Source of the DNA: Lama guanicoe
Lineage: Eukaryota
Direction of reading: 5' to 3'
Assembly: GCA_013239625.1 (NCBI GenBank)
Contig: MU056063.1
Span: 523,360 to 587,359 of the forward strand
DNA length: 64,000 nucleotides
The notes under the pieces are model-generated. The model did no database searches, was not told the origin of the DNA, and worked only from the letters and a program-made list of their open reading frames with translations. Position 1 is the stretch's first letter; every line of letters begins with the position of its first letter. Below, in pieces: positions 1 through 13,270 of the stretch. The translations under genes and the position numbers were made by a program.

Positions 1-2119
1 TGGACTCCACTTGCCCTGAAGGGCCGGCACCAGTGGCCCAGATACAATCCTACCCCAGTCCTGCCTCACCCAGGGCAAAGGCCAGGCCCTGAATGGGTGG
101 GGGGCCAGGGAGGGAGAGATTTGGGGTAAGAGGTTAGGAAACTTCCAAGAACCTTTCTCTCCTTCCATCAAAATACTGGAAGTGACTGGGAGTGTGTGTG
201 AGTGAGCGTGGGTGTGAGCGTGCACGCTGACCACCCCCACGGCTATTCTGACCGCCCTGCAGGAGCACGGGTTCCAGGCAGGGAGGCCAGGGGCCAAGGC
301 TCCCCCACGGGACACCAATGCAAGGCTTTTTATCTCCTTCAGGGAACACTGGCCCCTGAGGGAGAGATGAGGCCTCACTGACCCCTTACCTGGGGAACCA
401 GGGGGCTCCCTAGCTCAGCGGCTGCGCAGCCCTGCAGGCCATGGGCCCCAGGGGACAATCTCAGGGTGGCAGGAGACTGAGAGGCCAGCAGCTGGGAGAC
501 AGTGCTGTCCCGTCCCAAGGACTCTGAAGTTGGGGGGGAAGCGGGTGGCGCTCCAGTCTGGCAGACGGTGAGGCCCTGAAGGAAGCTTCGAGGCAGGTCT
601 GGCGCAGGTTGGAAGGGCGTATGAGTCCAGCCAGACCCAGGTCCCCCCCGACACCTGACAGAGACTCACACCTCCCCTCCCTGCAAACTGGAGAATCCAG
701 AGGGGGCGGGCAGCCACACCCCAGGGGCTGGGCAGGGAGAACCCAGGCCAGAGCAGAGTTCCGAAGCACAGGGAAGCGAGGGAGTCAGAAGTAGGGCATA
801 TTTCAGTACTATGTGCAGCATTTTCCTGCACATAAATCGATCCAGTCAGACACCTCACATTCACTAAGTACCCACCTTGTGCCAAGCTTGTGCTACAAAC
901 TGGGTTTAACACTATGAAGAAGAGTTATCCGCGTTTAAGCTGCTGTCGTTCCAAGAAGGGAGACAGAGAACACGCCTTCACAGGGAGCAGTGAAAAGAGA
1001 AAACTATGCCCTGAGGACCCCGGGAGGTCAGGGAAGGATTCCTGGAGGGAGAATCGTCCAGGCAAGGGCCGCCCCCAGACGTGCTGAGCAGGAGCCCGAC
1101 AAGCACGTGGGAGTCACAGCAAACAGGCCTGGCCAGAGTGGGGAGCTGGGATGTCAGCTGAGGGCACGCCGTGGCCGGCCCTGCAAGCCACACGGACGGG
1201 CTGGGGCTTTCTCTTGGAGGTGATGGATCACAGGTGAAGGGACGTAAGAGAAGGGCGACCTGGTCCCGTGTGCCCCAGGGCTGGATCTCCATGACTCAGG
1301 GGGGAGGAGGACACGTTAGAGGGGTTGACCGGGGGGCAGAGGCCAGTCTGGCGGCTGGGGCAGGGATGGGGTGCCTCCACCTGCTCTCCGAGGGAGCGAT
1401 GCTGTCGAGGAAGAGGTGGGGGAAACACTAGGAAATAAACCAGGCCAGCTTGCAAACTGATCGGCGGTGAGGGTGAGGGAGGGGAAGCAGAAGGGACTGA
1501 GCCCGTCTGTCTCTGCTGAAGGCACGGTGGGACCGCCGCTCCGGGGGTCGGGGGGCGTGGAGGGCGGCAGGGACGAAGCACGGAGGACAAGGGATGTCAC
1601 TCCCACCGGGCTGGAGTGGAGACACATGACCTAGGAATTTCAGCTGCTACTAGAAGATTCCATCACAGACTTGGGGCTCTGGGAGCAGAATTCAGAAGCA
1701 GGACAACAGAAGAGTGTGTGCCTCGCCCCAAACAGGCCTTTGTAGAGACGGGGCTGCTCTTGGCCTCAGCACCACTGCGGTGAAAACCCAGCCAACCAAA
1801 CAGCCCAGGGCCCAGCACCCACGTGGCTGCGTGGACTGGAACCAGCAAAGCCAGGGCAGCCTTCCACTTGCGGCAACCTTGGAGGCTCAGGGGCTTCCAG
1901 GGACAGCTCTTCACAGGCATGGGTGGCTTCCTTCGTGCGCCTTCCTGGTGACACCCCAGGTGGACCCCACATTCGCTCTGGGAGGTCCCTCAAAGGCCGC
2001 AGCTGTGGACCCTCCAAACCCCACAAGGGAGGCCCTCGCAGGTGCCTGATGGAAGCTGGAGGCTGAATTCCAGTGGGATCTGTGCCCGGCAGATTCACAG
2101 ATGCTCATAGACAGTCTCC

Positions 2120-2280
2120 CAGTCAGTGCTTCTCGAACCTTAATGTGCACGTGCATCACCCGGGAGTCTGGTTAAAATGCATCTTCTGACACAGCGGGTC
2201 CGAGCCTGCATTTCTAACAAGCGCACTCATCATCACTGGCGTGACGCCCATGGCACCACGTTTCAACAGCACGAGTGGTG
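2120..2280. mobile_element. MER5-type hAT-Charlie DNA transposon fragment
   Basis: CAGTGCTTCTCGAACC...GTTAAAATGCA...CTGCATTTCTAACAAGC. Confidence 0.65.
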
Positions 2281-5200
2281 CATTGGCTGGCAAGGCCGAC
2301 TCACCCGGGGAGCTTTACAAGCTCTGATGCGCCGGGCCAGGGCAGGTGGCGGCACTCAAGCCGAGAGGGGCCACGGCCAGTGCTCAGTGACCCTTCCCCC
2401 ACCATCTAGAGTCTCAGGCAGCTGGTCCAGGGTGGGACCTGGACAACGGACTTTGTTTGCTCCCCCGATGATTCTCACTTACAACAAAGTTTCAGAACCT
2501 CAACTTTAAAAAGCCATTTGACAGATCCAACCAACACTAGATCTCGTGGGTGAACGCAGACGCTGAGACCCTCACTATCCCAGGCTTTCATCCCTCTGGA
2601 AATATCCAGCATCTGTACAGAACTGACTAGGTCCTAAATTCATTTTCTCACTTGCTTCTCATCTCGGCTCTGCGATATAGATATTATTACTATTATTATC
2701 ATCCTCTTCTCTTTTGAAAAGGAAATGAAGGCTGGGCTGGGTTAAGGACTTGCTCTGGAACCCTTGGTCGTTCCCTGGGGTCTTCACCTGTCCTTTCACT
2801 GCCCCTCCTTGTAAAGGTCCGCCCCCACCACACACAACACCGCTGCCATCTCTGCAGGAAGACTGAGGGCTGGGAGGTGGGTGGGAATTCACTTCCTGCT
2901 GCTTTCTCTGTTAGTCTGCCCTTGGGTATCAGTCACCACCCCATCCTGGTTTGTGAGGGCAAAGGAGGGAGAGAGTCATCTCCCTTCTAGGTCAATTGGT
3001 CCCTGTTGCCCTGGCCCATTAGGCAGATGCAGGGCAGGGGTGAGAACAGAGACGCCCAGCAATTGCCAGGAGCTCAGCTCAAAGCAGACAGGAGTGGAGG
3101 GCAGGGAGGAGGGAGTCACATCCCAATGTTTCGTTGTCTGGCAAATCCTCTCCAATCCTGGCCAGGCCCCACATCTCTCACTGAATCAGACAGTACCTGT
3201 AGAGAGGACGGGACCCTGGCCACATTCCTAGAATGCCCACCCCTCCCCCACACAGTGTTGTGTCATCATCCACTGCCCCAAGGAAGTGAGGCTTCCCTTC
3301 AGAAAACCACGTGGTGTGTGTCCGTCGCGTCGTTAGAATGTCCGTTTCCTTTGAACCATCCCGTTCCGAGAATCCATCCTTAAAGAATATAAAAAATTAG
3401 AAAAAGTAAATACAAGACGAGGATTCATGAAAAAGCAGAGACCCCTTCAACGTCCAGTTAGAGAAAAGTGCCCCTGTTACTTTTAAACGATGACACCAAC
3501 TTTGCTAATGGTGGTTGAGAAGATGAACTCCAAACCTGAGAATACATTTTTCCCGTGTTGTGGGAAGGAAAAAAAAACAGAACACAAAATTATGTTTGCA
3601 CAGGCATGTCAACCACTGACACAATGCCTGCATGGAGGAAATAACTCTGGTGACTCAGCCGGGGGTCTGGGTAACATGCAGGACTGCATGAAACTTCTCA
3701 TCTTCAACATCTAAATTGTCTGGCATGTGGTTCAAGAATGAAATTCCAAGGACGTAAAATGACACAGAAACTTCCAAGAAGTGTCTATGTTAGACCGGGA
3801 CACTGTGCTGTACACCAGAGACTGTACTTCCATTTAAAAAAAATATTTTTAAAAGGAAATATTTATGCTAAATGAAAATAGCAGAACACAAAATGATATA
3901 TACATGAAGATTCTTTTTTTTTTTTTGAGTAATTTTTTTTTCTTTTTCTTTTTTGCATTTCCTGAGCACCTGCCCTGAGCCGGGCACGGAGCACTGGGGG
4001 TGAGCCCATCCCCCACCCCCCACCGCACAAGCCAGCACCTCACACCATGTCCTGAGCACAGCAGGGAGATGCCCCGACGTCCAGAGGTGGCCAGCCAGAG
4101 GGACAGGAGAGCACCTCTGCTGGGGTGGCGGGCAGTTCCAGAAGAAGGTGATGCCCACCAGCTTCTTTCAAAAAGTGAACAGGAACTCCCCAGGCAGAGC
4201 ACGGAAGGACTTCCTGGCAGAGCAGCTGCAGGTATGAAAGGGAGAAGGGGTGTGATGAGCCCATAACTGTTCCCGGGGGTGGGGAAGGGGAGCAAGACCA
4301 GACTAGGAAAAGCTCCAGTGTCCTACTGAAGACCTTGACCTTGAGCCTGTAGGTGGTGGGGCGCCCTGGCAGTGTTTTGAGCAGAAGGAGGATGTGATCC
4401 ACCTTATGTTAAAGCTGCCTCTGGTGTCGGTGCAGGGGAGGGCTGGCCAGCTAGGAAGAGGGGGGCTGAGGAGAAGCTACTGCAATGGCCCAGTGCCTGC
4501 TTCAGATGGGAAGAGGGCGGGGAGGGCTGGCCGGAGCTGCTGGGTTAATCAGGAGCTGGAGACTGGAGGGCATCCTGGAGAGGAGTGAGGCTGAGATGCT
4601 GAGGACCCCGGGGAGCAGGTGGCCACACCCAGAGATGCCAGCAGGAAGGGAAGGGGAGAGCACAGGCCCCACCCACGAGTGGGGACAGAGCTCTGGCTCC
4701 ACCAGCCCTGACCTGAAACCCCTGGGACCAGACATATTTGAGAACTCAGTAATTTCCGGGAGTGGGTAAGACAGGATTTGCTGCATTCGTGCATGATCAC
4801 CCGTGGTGGAGTCTAGGGCAACAGCCCATAATCAAACCCACTGACATTCCCGCAGCCAGCACATGAATATTCATTCACACGAAGGTCCGGAAAGACAGTA
4901 AACAACCTCACGTCAGGGCCGATCAGGGCTGCCACCGAAAGAGTTTGAAATCCTTTGGGTTTGGGGATCTGGGACTGAGGATGAGGGATGTCTCATCAGC
5001 ATCCTTGGTAGCCGAAGACCCAGCGGCAGGAGGGTTCCCCAGGGAGGCGGGAGCAGACGAGAGCTGAGGACAGAGGCCTGGGGACAATCACAGAGAGACA
5101 GAGCATGAGAGGACCCACTAAGGAGCCTGAGAGGGAGCCACCAGATTTGCAGGGGACACATAGAAGGAGGGGGCTGTCCCTGCAACGCTGGGAGGAAAGA

Positions 5201-5454
5201 GGGAGCCATGAGCAGGGATGGCACTACAGAAAGCCAAGTCAGAGAAACCCAAGGTCACAGGAGACCTGGACCCGTGGGACATCAGTGACAAGACTAGGTG
5301 GCAGTCAAGTGGGAGCAGAGGGCAGGGAGGTGGGAGCAGCGCATGAAGCTGCCACCCCACCCGTATCCCTGAAGGAGCCTTGGCCAAAAAAGCAATGAGA
5401 CTGGGCTACAGAGCCAGACTGGGGGAAAAAAGTGGGTTAAAAGACACAACAATA

Positions 5455-5995
5455 CCAAGCTGGAAACAACCAAAATGTCCATCAGGACCAGAATGGATAA
5501 ATAAACAGTGACTTACCCACCCAACGGAATTAGAAGAATAAACTACACTCCCCACGGTAACATGCGTGGATCTCACAGACGTAACACTGAGGGTAAGAAT
5601 TCACGTACTGAGTGAAGGAAGCCAAGAAAGAGAAAGAAAAATACCACATGATATCACTTACATATGGAATCTAAAATTTAAAAAAGGGGGAAGGGGACAC
5701 AAATGAACTTATTTACAAAACAGAGACAGACTCACAGACATAGAGAACAAACATGGTTACCAAGGGGAAAGGGGGTGGGAAGGGGAAAAGAGGGTGTTTG
5801 GGATATGTGGGTACTAACTACCCTGCATAAAATAGATAAACAACAAGGTCCTACTGTACAGCACAGGGAGCTAAATTCAGTATCTTGTAATGGCCTGTAA
5901 TGAAAAAGAATATACAAATGTGTAACTGAATCACTATGCTGTAAGCCAGAAATTAACACATTGTAAATTGACTATACTGCAGTTAAAAAAAAACC
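5455..5995 (+). mobile_element. L1 3' fragments (older L1M piece followed by an artiodactyl-type L1 3' UTR at about 5606-5995)
   Basis: GGAAACAACCAAAATGTCCATC, AAATGAACTTATTTACAAAACAGA, ACAGCACAGGGA and poly(A) are typical L1 3' ends. Confidence 0.85.
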
Positions 5996-6275
5996 TAAAT
6001 AAATGTGATCTATGTTACAAATAATAAAAAATAAAAGCTAAAAAACAAAGAACTCATGTACTTCACTGTATGTACATTATACCGCAAGGAAAAAAATTCT
6101 GGATGATGGAATGTAAGGTTTCCGACATGCAGCCATCTAGAGAAGGCAAAGCCTTGCAGGCTGAGGCAGAACCAGATGGAAGGGAGGCTGACGGAGTCGG
6201 GAAGGGGAGGCAACCGTGGCCCCGTGGGCATCAAAGTCACTCAGTAGTGTCCACGCGTGATTGTGAAACAGCTAT

Positions 6276-6390
6276 GGGGAGGGTAAAGCTCCAGTGCTGG
6301 AGAGCATGCTTAGCATGCACGAGGTCCTGGGTTCGATCCCCAGTACCTCCTCAAAAAATAAATAAACCTAATTACCTCCCCCTCAAAAAA
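6276..6390 (+). mobile_element. Camelid tRNA-derived SINE (Vic-1-like)
   Basis: tRNA-Ala-like head, ACCTAATTACCTCCCC tail, TSD GAAACAGCTA (6265-6274 and 6391-6400). Confidence 0.9.
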
Positions 6391-6869
6391 GAAACAGCTA
6401 CAAGAACTATTTTTGAAAGTGGATGTGCTGCACCAGCTTATTCACAGGCCCTGTTCCAGCGAGGCTGCCAGTCCCAGCCATCCTTTCCCTGTTTGTCCTC
6501 AGTCCTGGCCCTTCCTCTGGGCAACAATGTGGACCCCCGGACTCCCCCTACACAAACACACACACATGCACACCCTGACAAGGACCAAACCTGGATAAAG
6601 GCTTTAGTGAGAGCAGGTGAGGGGAGGGGCCCTGGCTGGCCCACCGACACCTGAGGCCCTGCTCAGGCTCAGCCTGGTTGTACTGGGCTCCTTTCCTTTG
6701 GTTTCAGCTCCTCCCTCGGGGACCTCCGGCTCTCACGCACATGAGACGTGCCCCATCCGATCCCCAGCCACTCCAGGGGCTCCATGTTTGTGACACAGGA
6801 CAGACAGACCAGGAAGGCCACAGGGGACAATGAACCACAGTTGCCTGGCATCTCATTATGCTGATTGAC

Positions 6870-7185
6870 TCTATGACATCACCTATATGTGGAACCTGAA
6901 AAAATACAACAGACCAGTGAACACATAACAAAAAAAAAAAAACAGACTCACAGATACAGCAAACAAACTAGTGGTTACCAGTCGGGGGAGCGGGGAGGGC
7001 AATAGAGGGTCTGGGATGTCCGAGTTATTGGGTGTAAGACAGGCTGCAAGGATGTATTGCACAGCACGGGGGATAGAGCCAATATTTTGTAATAACGGTA
7101 AATGGAGTGTAAACGTCAAAACTTACATTAAAAATATGTATGTTGGAAAACAAGTAAATTAAAAAAGAATAATAATTAAAAAAAT
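6870..7185 (+). mobile_element. L1 3' end fragment
   Basis: ATCACCTATATGTGGAA...CAGACTCACAGATACAG...GTGGTTACCAG with A-rich tail. Confidence 0.8.
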
Positions 7186-7241
7186 AGCTGCCTGGCACGG
7201 TCACTATTGTCATCAAAGATTACCCTCAAAAATGGTGAGGT

Positions 7242-7375
7242 GAGGGAGGGTATAGCTCAAGCGGTAGAGCGCATGCTTAGCAAGCACGGGTCCTGGGTTC
7301 GATCCCCGGTACCGCCTCTAAAAATAAATAAATAAATAAAACCTAATTACCTCCTTCTGCCAAAAGCAGATTTTA
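7242..7375 (+). mobile_element. Vic-1-like SINE
   Basis: GGGAGGGTATAGCTCAAGCGGTAGAGCGCATGCTTAG...GGTTCGATCCCC; AAAAATGGT flanks. Confidence 0.9.
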
Positions 7376-8454
7376 AAAAATGGTTAGAATGTTTACTTCA
7401 TGAGTCTCAATTTTCTCTTTAATAAAACAGCTGGGCCTAAAATAAATTTTTAAGGAAGATACATTAGAGAGGCATCAGGGTGACAGTTCGTAAGTTTCTC
7501 CAATTCAGACTAAGCAAGCGGAAGCGCAGGGCGCGCCTGTGAGGCTCCCGCCGGGCTGCGTCCCCAGGGTTCGGGGCAGCACAAGCTAAGCCCTGTGCAA
7601 AGATTCTAGGTCGCAGGAGAGTGACCTAATTAAACACACAGGCTTATTCTTAGACAAGGAGCCCCAATTAAGGCCCCTGGGCAGCCGCAGCGCAAAGGCG
7701 CAGCCCTAGAAGTGACCGGAATAATTCTTATTTTTAAAAAGCAGTTACTTACTTCTGATTATGAAAGTAGCACAGATTCATCGTAGCACGTTTGGAAAAT
7801 ACAGAAAGCACAAAAGGAAAACGCCACCCGTAGATAACCTCTATTTTTGCTTCTTTCCTCATGGTCTTTTTTTAACACATGTATCCACGTTTGACACTTG
7901 GGGGAAATGTTTGCTTGCATAGTGTAAGGGGGAAGAGATCCAAAATTATAAGCAGCCTGATCCCAAATTTGTTAGGGTTGGCATATGGGTCTAGTTCTGT
8001 ATCCCATTTCTTTCACTCAGCGTTAAAACACAAACATCACCTCCATCTCATTAAATATTCAGCTACTTGATTTTTAATGACCGGACGGTAACCATCATTT
8101 AGAATAACATATACACTCTCCCCCTGCAACGGGGCATGTTTCCAGTTTTTCAAATAACTCTACAGTGGAGCTCCCTGTCTACCTCTGATTTTTTTTCTTG
8201 GGCTAGATTTACAGAAGTAAAAATTATGTAGGACTCTTCTTATATGTGAGCTTTCTGAACGTGCAAAGCAATTGGCACCGCTTTGAGTAAAGCAGGAGGT
8301 ACGCTAGTGCCCTCGGCACATCCCGATTCCTGCAGGAAGAACCAGGAGTCCTTGATCCCCTGGTGGTGGATCCAGACCCAACACAGACGCCAGTGCTAGC
8401 AGGCACCAGGTCCTCAGAGCCACCCCTGGGACTGCGTGACTAAGCACAGCCACG

Positions 8455-8780
8455 GCATTAGTCAGCTTTCACTAGGTGAGGCTGCTGTAACAAATAGCCC
8501 TAGGATTTTAGGGGCTTACAACAGGGAAGCTTTGTCTCTCACACACATTACTCAGAAGATGTGAATCCGCTGTGGCTTTATTCCAGATGCCTTCTTGTTC
8601 TGGGACCCAGGCTGAAGGAGCAACCCCTGTCTCGGTTCTCATGGCTAAGGACCAAGAGACAAAGCAGAAGCCCACCCTGGCTTTTAACGCTCTGACATGG
8701 ACATGACAGGAAGGACCTCACTATTTCTGTTGGTCCAGGGAGGTGATGTGGCCAAACCTAATGCCAGGGAGGGGAGGCAC
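8455..8780. mobile_element. MLT1-type MaLR LTR
   Basis: ATTAGTCAGCTT...GCTGCTGTAACAAA...GGACCCAGGCTGAAGGAGCA. Confidence 0.6.
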
Positions 8781-11419
8781 CGCAGGTCACAGCCGGGCGT
8801 GCAGAATGCTCTACCGAGTGGACAGACAGTAACTGGGAGCAAGACGGTAACGGGACAGACAATAACAGCGCTGAGCTCTCCAAAACAACGGCTGGTGTCT
8901 GTTGTCACATCCTGGGACTGAACCTGACATCAGCAACGTTTGGCAACCAGAATCCCCCTCACGGTGGAAACCCCCATGACCCCAAATGCTTCCCCCGTGA
9001 TGAAGGGGGTCGCGTAGGCTTGCCTTTCGTGCAAATACAAGCGAACACGTATATGTTTCTGTGTGTGTGTGTTTATGTACATAAATGTATTGAAATAGTA
9101 AAGATGTATTGTTAAATTCTAAAAAATTAAAAGGAAAGCCTTATGTGCAGGCTACTATTTCTTTTACAAAGAGGGAGACTACAGACACTTAATACATACA
9201 ATGCACGCTTATACACGCCTAAAACAGTTCCCAAAAGTCAGTAAGAAGCTGGTAACAGTGGTTATTTAAGGAAAGTGAACTCCAAGGGACTGAGGGTGAG
9301 AGGGAGGCTTTTCACTCTGTACCCTTTTTCACAGTTAGAATTTTTTCTCCTGTGTTTGTATTACCTCCCTCCTCCAATTCTTTTTAATTAAAAAAATGTT
9401 AGCTGTCCTCTCTCACTCTGCTCTCACTCACATCACACAGTCTCTCCGTCTATGCTTCCTTCGCAGTTCCCACGCTGGGATGCGCCCTGATTCCCAGGCC
9501 TCGTGCCTTAGAAAGCAGGGTTTCCAGAAAGCCCTGGAAAACCCAGGGCTGCTAGGTAAGCCCCGTCGAGAAAGGTGAGCTCAAACCTTCGGGCTCCTTC
9601 TCTTGCATGGGTCAGGAGTCTTGCTCCTGCGAGGGAGGTGGGGAGGCGGAGGGAAGGCAGTAACGTGTGAGAAGGAAGCTCGTGGTGCCCCCAGGACAGG
9701 GCTCTCTAAAGACAGGGCTGCCTCCTGTGCCACCAGCTGCCAAGACCCCTGCTCTGTCTTCCTCACATCCCCACATCTGCTTCTAATCTTCAGAAGAGCC
9801 TCCTGTACCCCACATGCATGGAACAGGCCAGCACCCCTGGGAACAGGAGCTGGAGGCAGAGAAAAGGTGAGAACATAAAATCCCCAGGGAAACAGCGGGG
9901 ATCCTGGGGAGTACTTCAAATTTCTAGAAGGCATGGAATTTAGAGTCCAAATCAAGCCTGTGTCTAGCGAAGCCTGGAGCCCACAATGATGACTGGGTTA
10001 CAGATGCCAAGGTGCTGAATGTCAAATGTCCCTGCATGGATGGCAATGGTGAGGGCGGGCTGTGCCATTGGGAACAGGCTGCTGACACTGTCAGGGAAGC
10101 GGGAGAAGCTGGGCAGGTAGAGGCCCTGGGGAGTTGGGGAAGGGGGTTTCTGTGGTCACTGTTGCTGCCTCCCTGCAGAAGCCAGAGGTCAAGTTCAGGC
10201 TTGCTGTTCTTTAGCAACAGAGCCAAGATGGGCAAACTCAGCAAAACAAAAAGCAACAAAAAAGGCATTGATGAGAAGGTGGGATCACAGAAGGAAGCAG
10301 CAGAAACTAAAGTCAGACAAGCAGGAGTAAGGGTAGCTGTCGGAACCCAGGGAGCAAGAACTGAGCCGACACCCATCAGAATGCCTCAGGCATGGGTCAG
10401 CACCAGCCACATTTCTCTGGTTCTAGCCTAACACACAGGAGTCAAAGTGCAGGAGAGACGGTCTCATTGGCCCTGATGGAGTCCCATGGCCTCATACCCT
10501 GGCTAGCAGGGGTTGCTTTCCTAGAAGCCACCTGACCTTGGACACACATATCCCCAGAAGGAAATAGGGCTGTTGCATCCAGAAGGAAAACTGAGCACTC
10601 AGAGGCCAGGCAACCAAAAATCTTCATCCCAGTCTGAGAGTGGAAGGGCCAACCTCTGAATCTATCCCTCAGATTAAGACTTTGAATTGCTCAGTGTCTA
10701 TACGAATGTCCAAACAGTATTGTGCCGAATTGCCAAACAAGTCCCAAGCACCTCCTCTGATTTAGCCTTTCCATCGATTCTTACAGCTCCGGGTAATGGC
10801 AGCCACTCACAGTGGAACATGAAACGTAAAGCTCCGTGCACATCGTTACTGTCTGGGTTATGACATTTCTCCCTCGATTTCCTGCCAAGCCTCGCCCAGG
10901 TTTCTACATCCACCCACAAGGCGTATGCAGCCCTCGCTGGAAGCAGCCCCTGGGAGGCCCACCCTACCCACTGTAACTTCACACCCCGGGCTGCGAAGGG
11001 CTAGAATTTGTCCCCAACTAGACTTAGCCGTGTCCATCCTTACACAGGGGAGTGATACACCACCCGAAGACACAGCCAAGTTTGAATTCCCAAAGGCTGA
11101 CGACAACTCAGTCTCCATCAGGAGATGACATGAAATTAACCAGGGTTCATTCACCATTCAGCCACCAGAAAGCCTCAGGGGGTCCTCTGTCTGTACGGAA
11201 ATGGAATGATCTCAAGCTATGCTCTTAGAAGCAAGGGGCCCAACATCGTGCAGAGGACGGCATCGCTTTGTAGAAAAAGCGCAGGAACAAAATTATAGAA
11301 GTATAAGCATTCGGCGTTTCCCCGGCACCCCCTATGGAAGCAGGGAGCCCCGCAAGGCAGTAGAAGAGGGAGGAGCCAGACGGCGAGTCAAGGAGACAGT
11401 CTGAATTACCTGCAATACT

Positions 11420-11930
11420 ACTGTGTTGAGTTTTTAAGGCGTTTTGCAGGGTGGTATTGTAGAAGGCAATTTTCATTCCTTTGGGCCCATCCAGCGTCTG
11501 AACCTCTATGTTAAGGGAAGCCCCTCTTGAGCAGGCAGAATCCCCTTCACAGTAGAAGCTGAAGATGCCAGAAGCTCGTTTTCCCAGTTCGCCTCGCAGG
11601 TGGGGTATGGACACGGGGCTCCACCAATCAGACAGACTCAGCCAGGGTTTGAATCAGAAACTAAGAACATGAAGCAGCCGTCGTGGCGGGACGTTCAGTC
11701 TCCAGGATGGCAAGTGCAGCCAGGGTCCAGAGTGGTCATTGCAGTGTTGGCAGCTGTAGCTCCCAGCTCCTTCGACACAGTATTTTTACCAGAAGTCTGG
11801 GACATGATTTCGGGGTTGGTCACATCTGCAGAGCCTCCCAGCTGTGACTTATCCTAAGATTATGTGAGCAACCAATACTGCCTAACAGAAAACAGTGATT
11901 TCTGTTGCTTACAGCCAAGAATCCTGACTG
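11420..11930. mobile_element. MLT1-type MaLR LTR
   Basis: TTTCCCAG...GACACGGGGCTCCACCAATCAGA...TTTCTGTTGCTTACAGCCAAGAATCCTGACT. Confidence 0.6.
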
Positions 11931-12020
11931 AGACCCATGCACGTGTGCTGTGTAGCTCTCTCCTCAGTGCTCTCAAGAGACCTTCACTAAAGACCTAGAC
12001 TATTTTCAAGAGCGAAGCCA

Positions 12021-12160
12021 GGAGGAGGGTGTAGCTCAGTGGTAGAGACCATGCTTAACATGCACAAGGTCCTGGGTTCAATCCCCACTCCCTCCTTTAA
12101 AAAGTAAACAAACAAACTTAATTACCTTCCCCCTAAAAATGAATAAATCAAATTTTTAAA
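12021..12160 (+). mobile_element. Vic-1-like SINE
   Basis: A and B boxes, A-rich tail, AG(C/T)GAAGCCAG TSD. Confidence 0.9.
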
Positions 12161-12879
12161 AAGTGAAGCCAGATTTGTGTTTCTTGTGGACAGATCACTG
12201 TGCTAAGGCAAGGACACGGAGGCCAGCTTTATTTGGGTTACGTACAACATGCACATTGGACGTTGTAACTGTTGGGAGAAGATTCTCATCAACTTGTTCT
12301 CGGTGGCTGCCCTGAGAAATGAGAATGACTTTTTCTTCTCATTTTACATTCTTCTGTACTGTTTGAATCTTTTTTTAAACCATATTCATATATTATTTTT
12401 AAATTTTTTTAAGTTTAAAATAATTATTTAAGAAAAAAATGTGATACATCTACAAATATATCAGAATGTCTATGCAAGAGAAAAGATAAAGTAAAATATG
12501 CATTCTGGCAAAAAGCATAGCCTTTTGAGAAAGCAGGTGGCCATGTCGTCTGCTGAAGTCGCTGGGAATCTTAATTTGGTAGGCTGTCAGAACTACACAT
12601 TTGATTTTTTTTTTTTGTTTTTTAATTTGGCATCTCTTGATGTTACTTTATGTTACTTGTGCGAGAAATGGTTATTTCTAACACAATCTTAAGCATCAGA
12701 GGAATTGCTCTGCTCTGCAGCAGACTCAAAGCAAAGGGGGTGGGGGCAAGGAGGGGGAGAAAAGGCCCAGGTTTGCAGGAAGAGTTAGGAGATAAAAATC
12801 CAGCACAAAGAAGTAGCCCAAACGGTCACTCTCATTGGGTGGGGGCGCTGAATATCCCATCTGCTGCAAAGTCAAAAAC

Positions 12880-13270
12880 AAGAGAGCAATTAAAAATTGT
12901 GGTAAACTCATACAATGGAATATTGCTCAGCTACAAACATGAAAACGCTGCTGATTCCCACAGCAATGTACAAGAATCTCACAGACATTATTTTAGTGAA
13001 AAAGACACAAAAGAATACACGCTGCTTGATGAAGTTCACATGAAATTCAAGAAAAGGCAACACTACGGTGACTGAAAGCAGGAGCGGGAGAGACTGACCG
13101 CCAGTGGGCAAGAGGGAATTTTGGGGGCTGATGGTTATTTTCTCTCACTTGATTATACGATGTTTACACTGGTAGGTACATTTGTCAAAACTCATCATAC
13201 TGGAGCCATAAAATGGGTGCATTTCATTTTATGGAGAAGTTAGGGCTCAGGTTCAATAAAGTTGATTTTT
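12880..13270 (+). mobile_element. Old L1M (L1MC/ME-like) 3' fragment
   Basis: TGTGGTAAACTCATACAATGGAATATT...GTACATTTGTCAAAACTCATC...CAATAAAGTTGATTT. Confidence 0.7.

Noticed and set aside
380-450. Possible first exon of a downstream gene (for example NT5DC4 by recalled synteny), from a CAG|GTAAGG donor on the minus strand
   Set aside because: The nearest ATG frame stops before the donor and no 5'-nucleotidase peptide is recognisable in the window.
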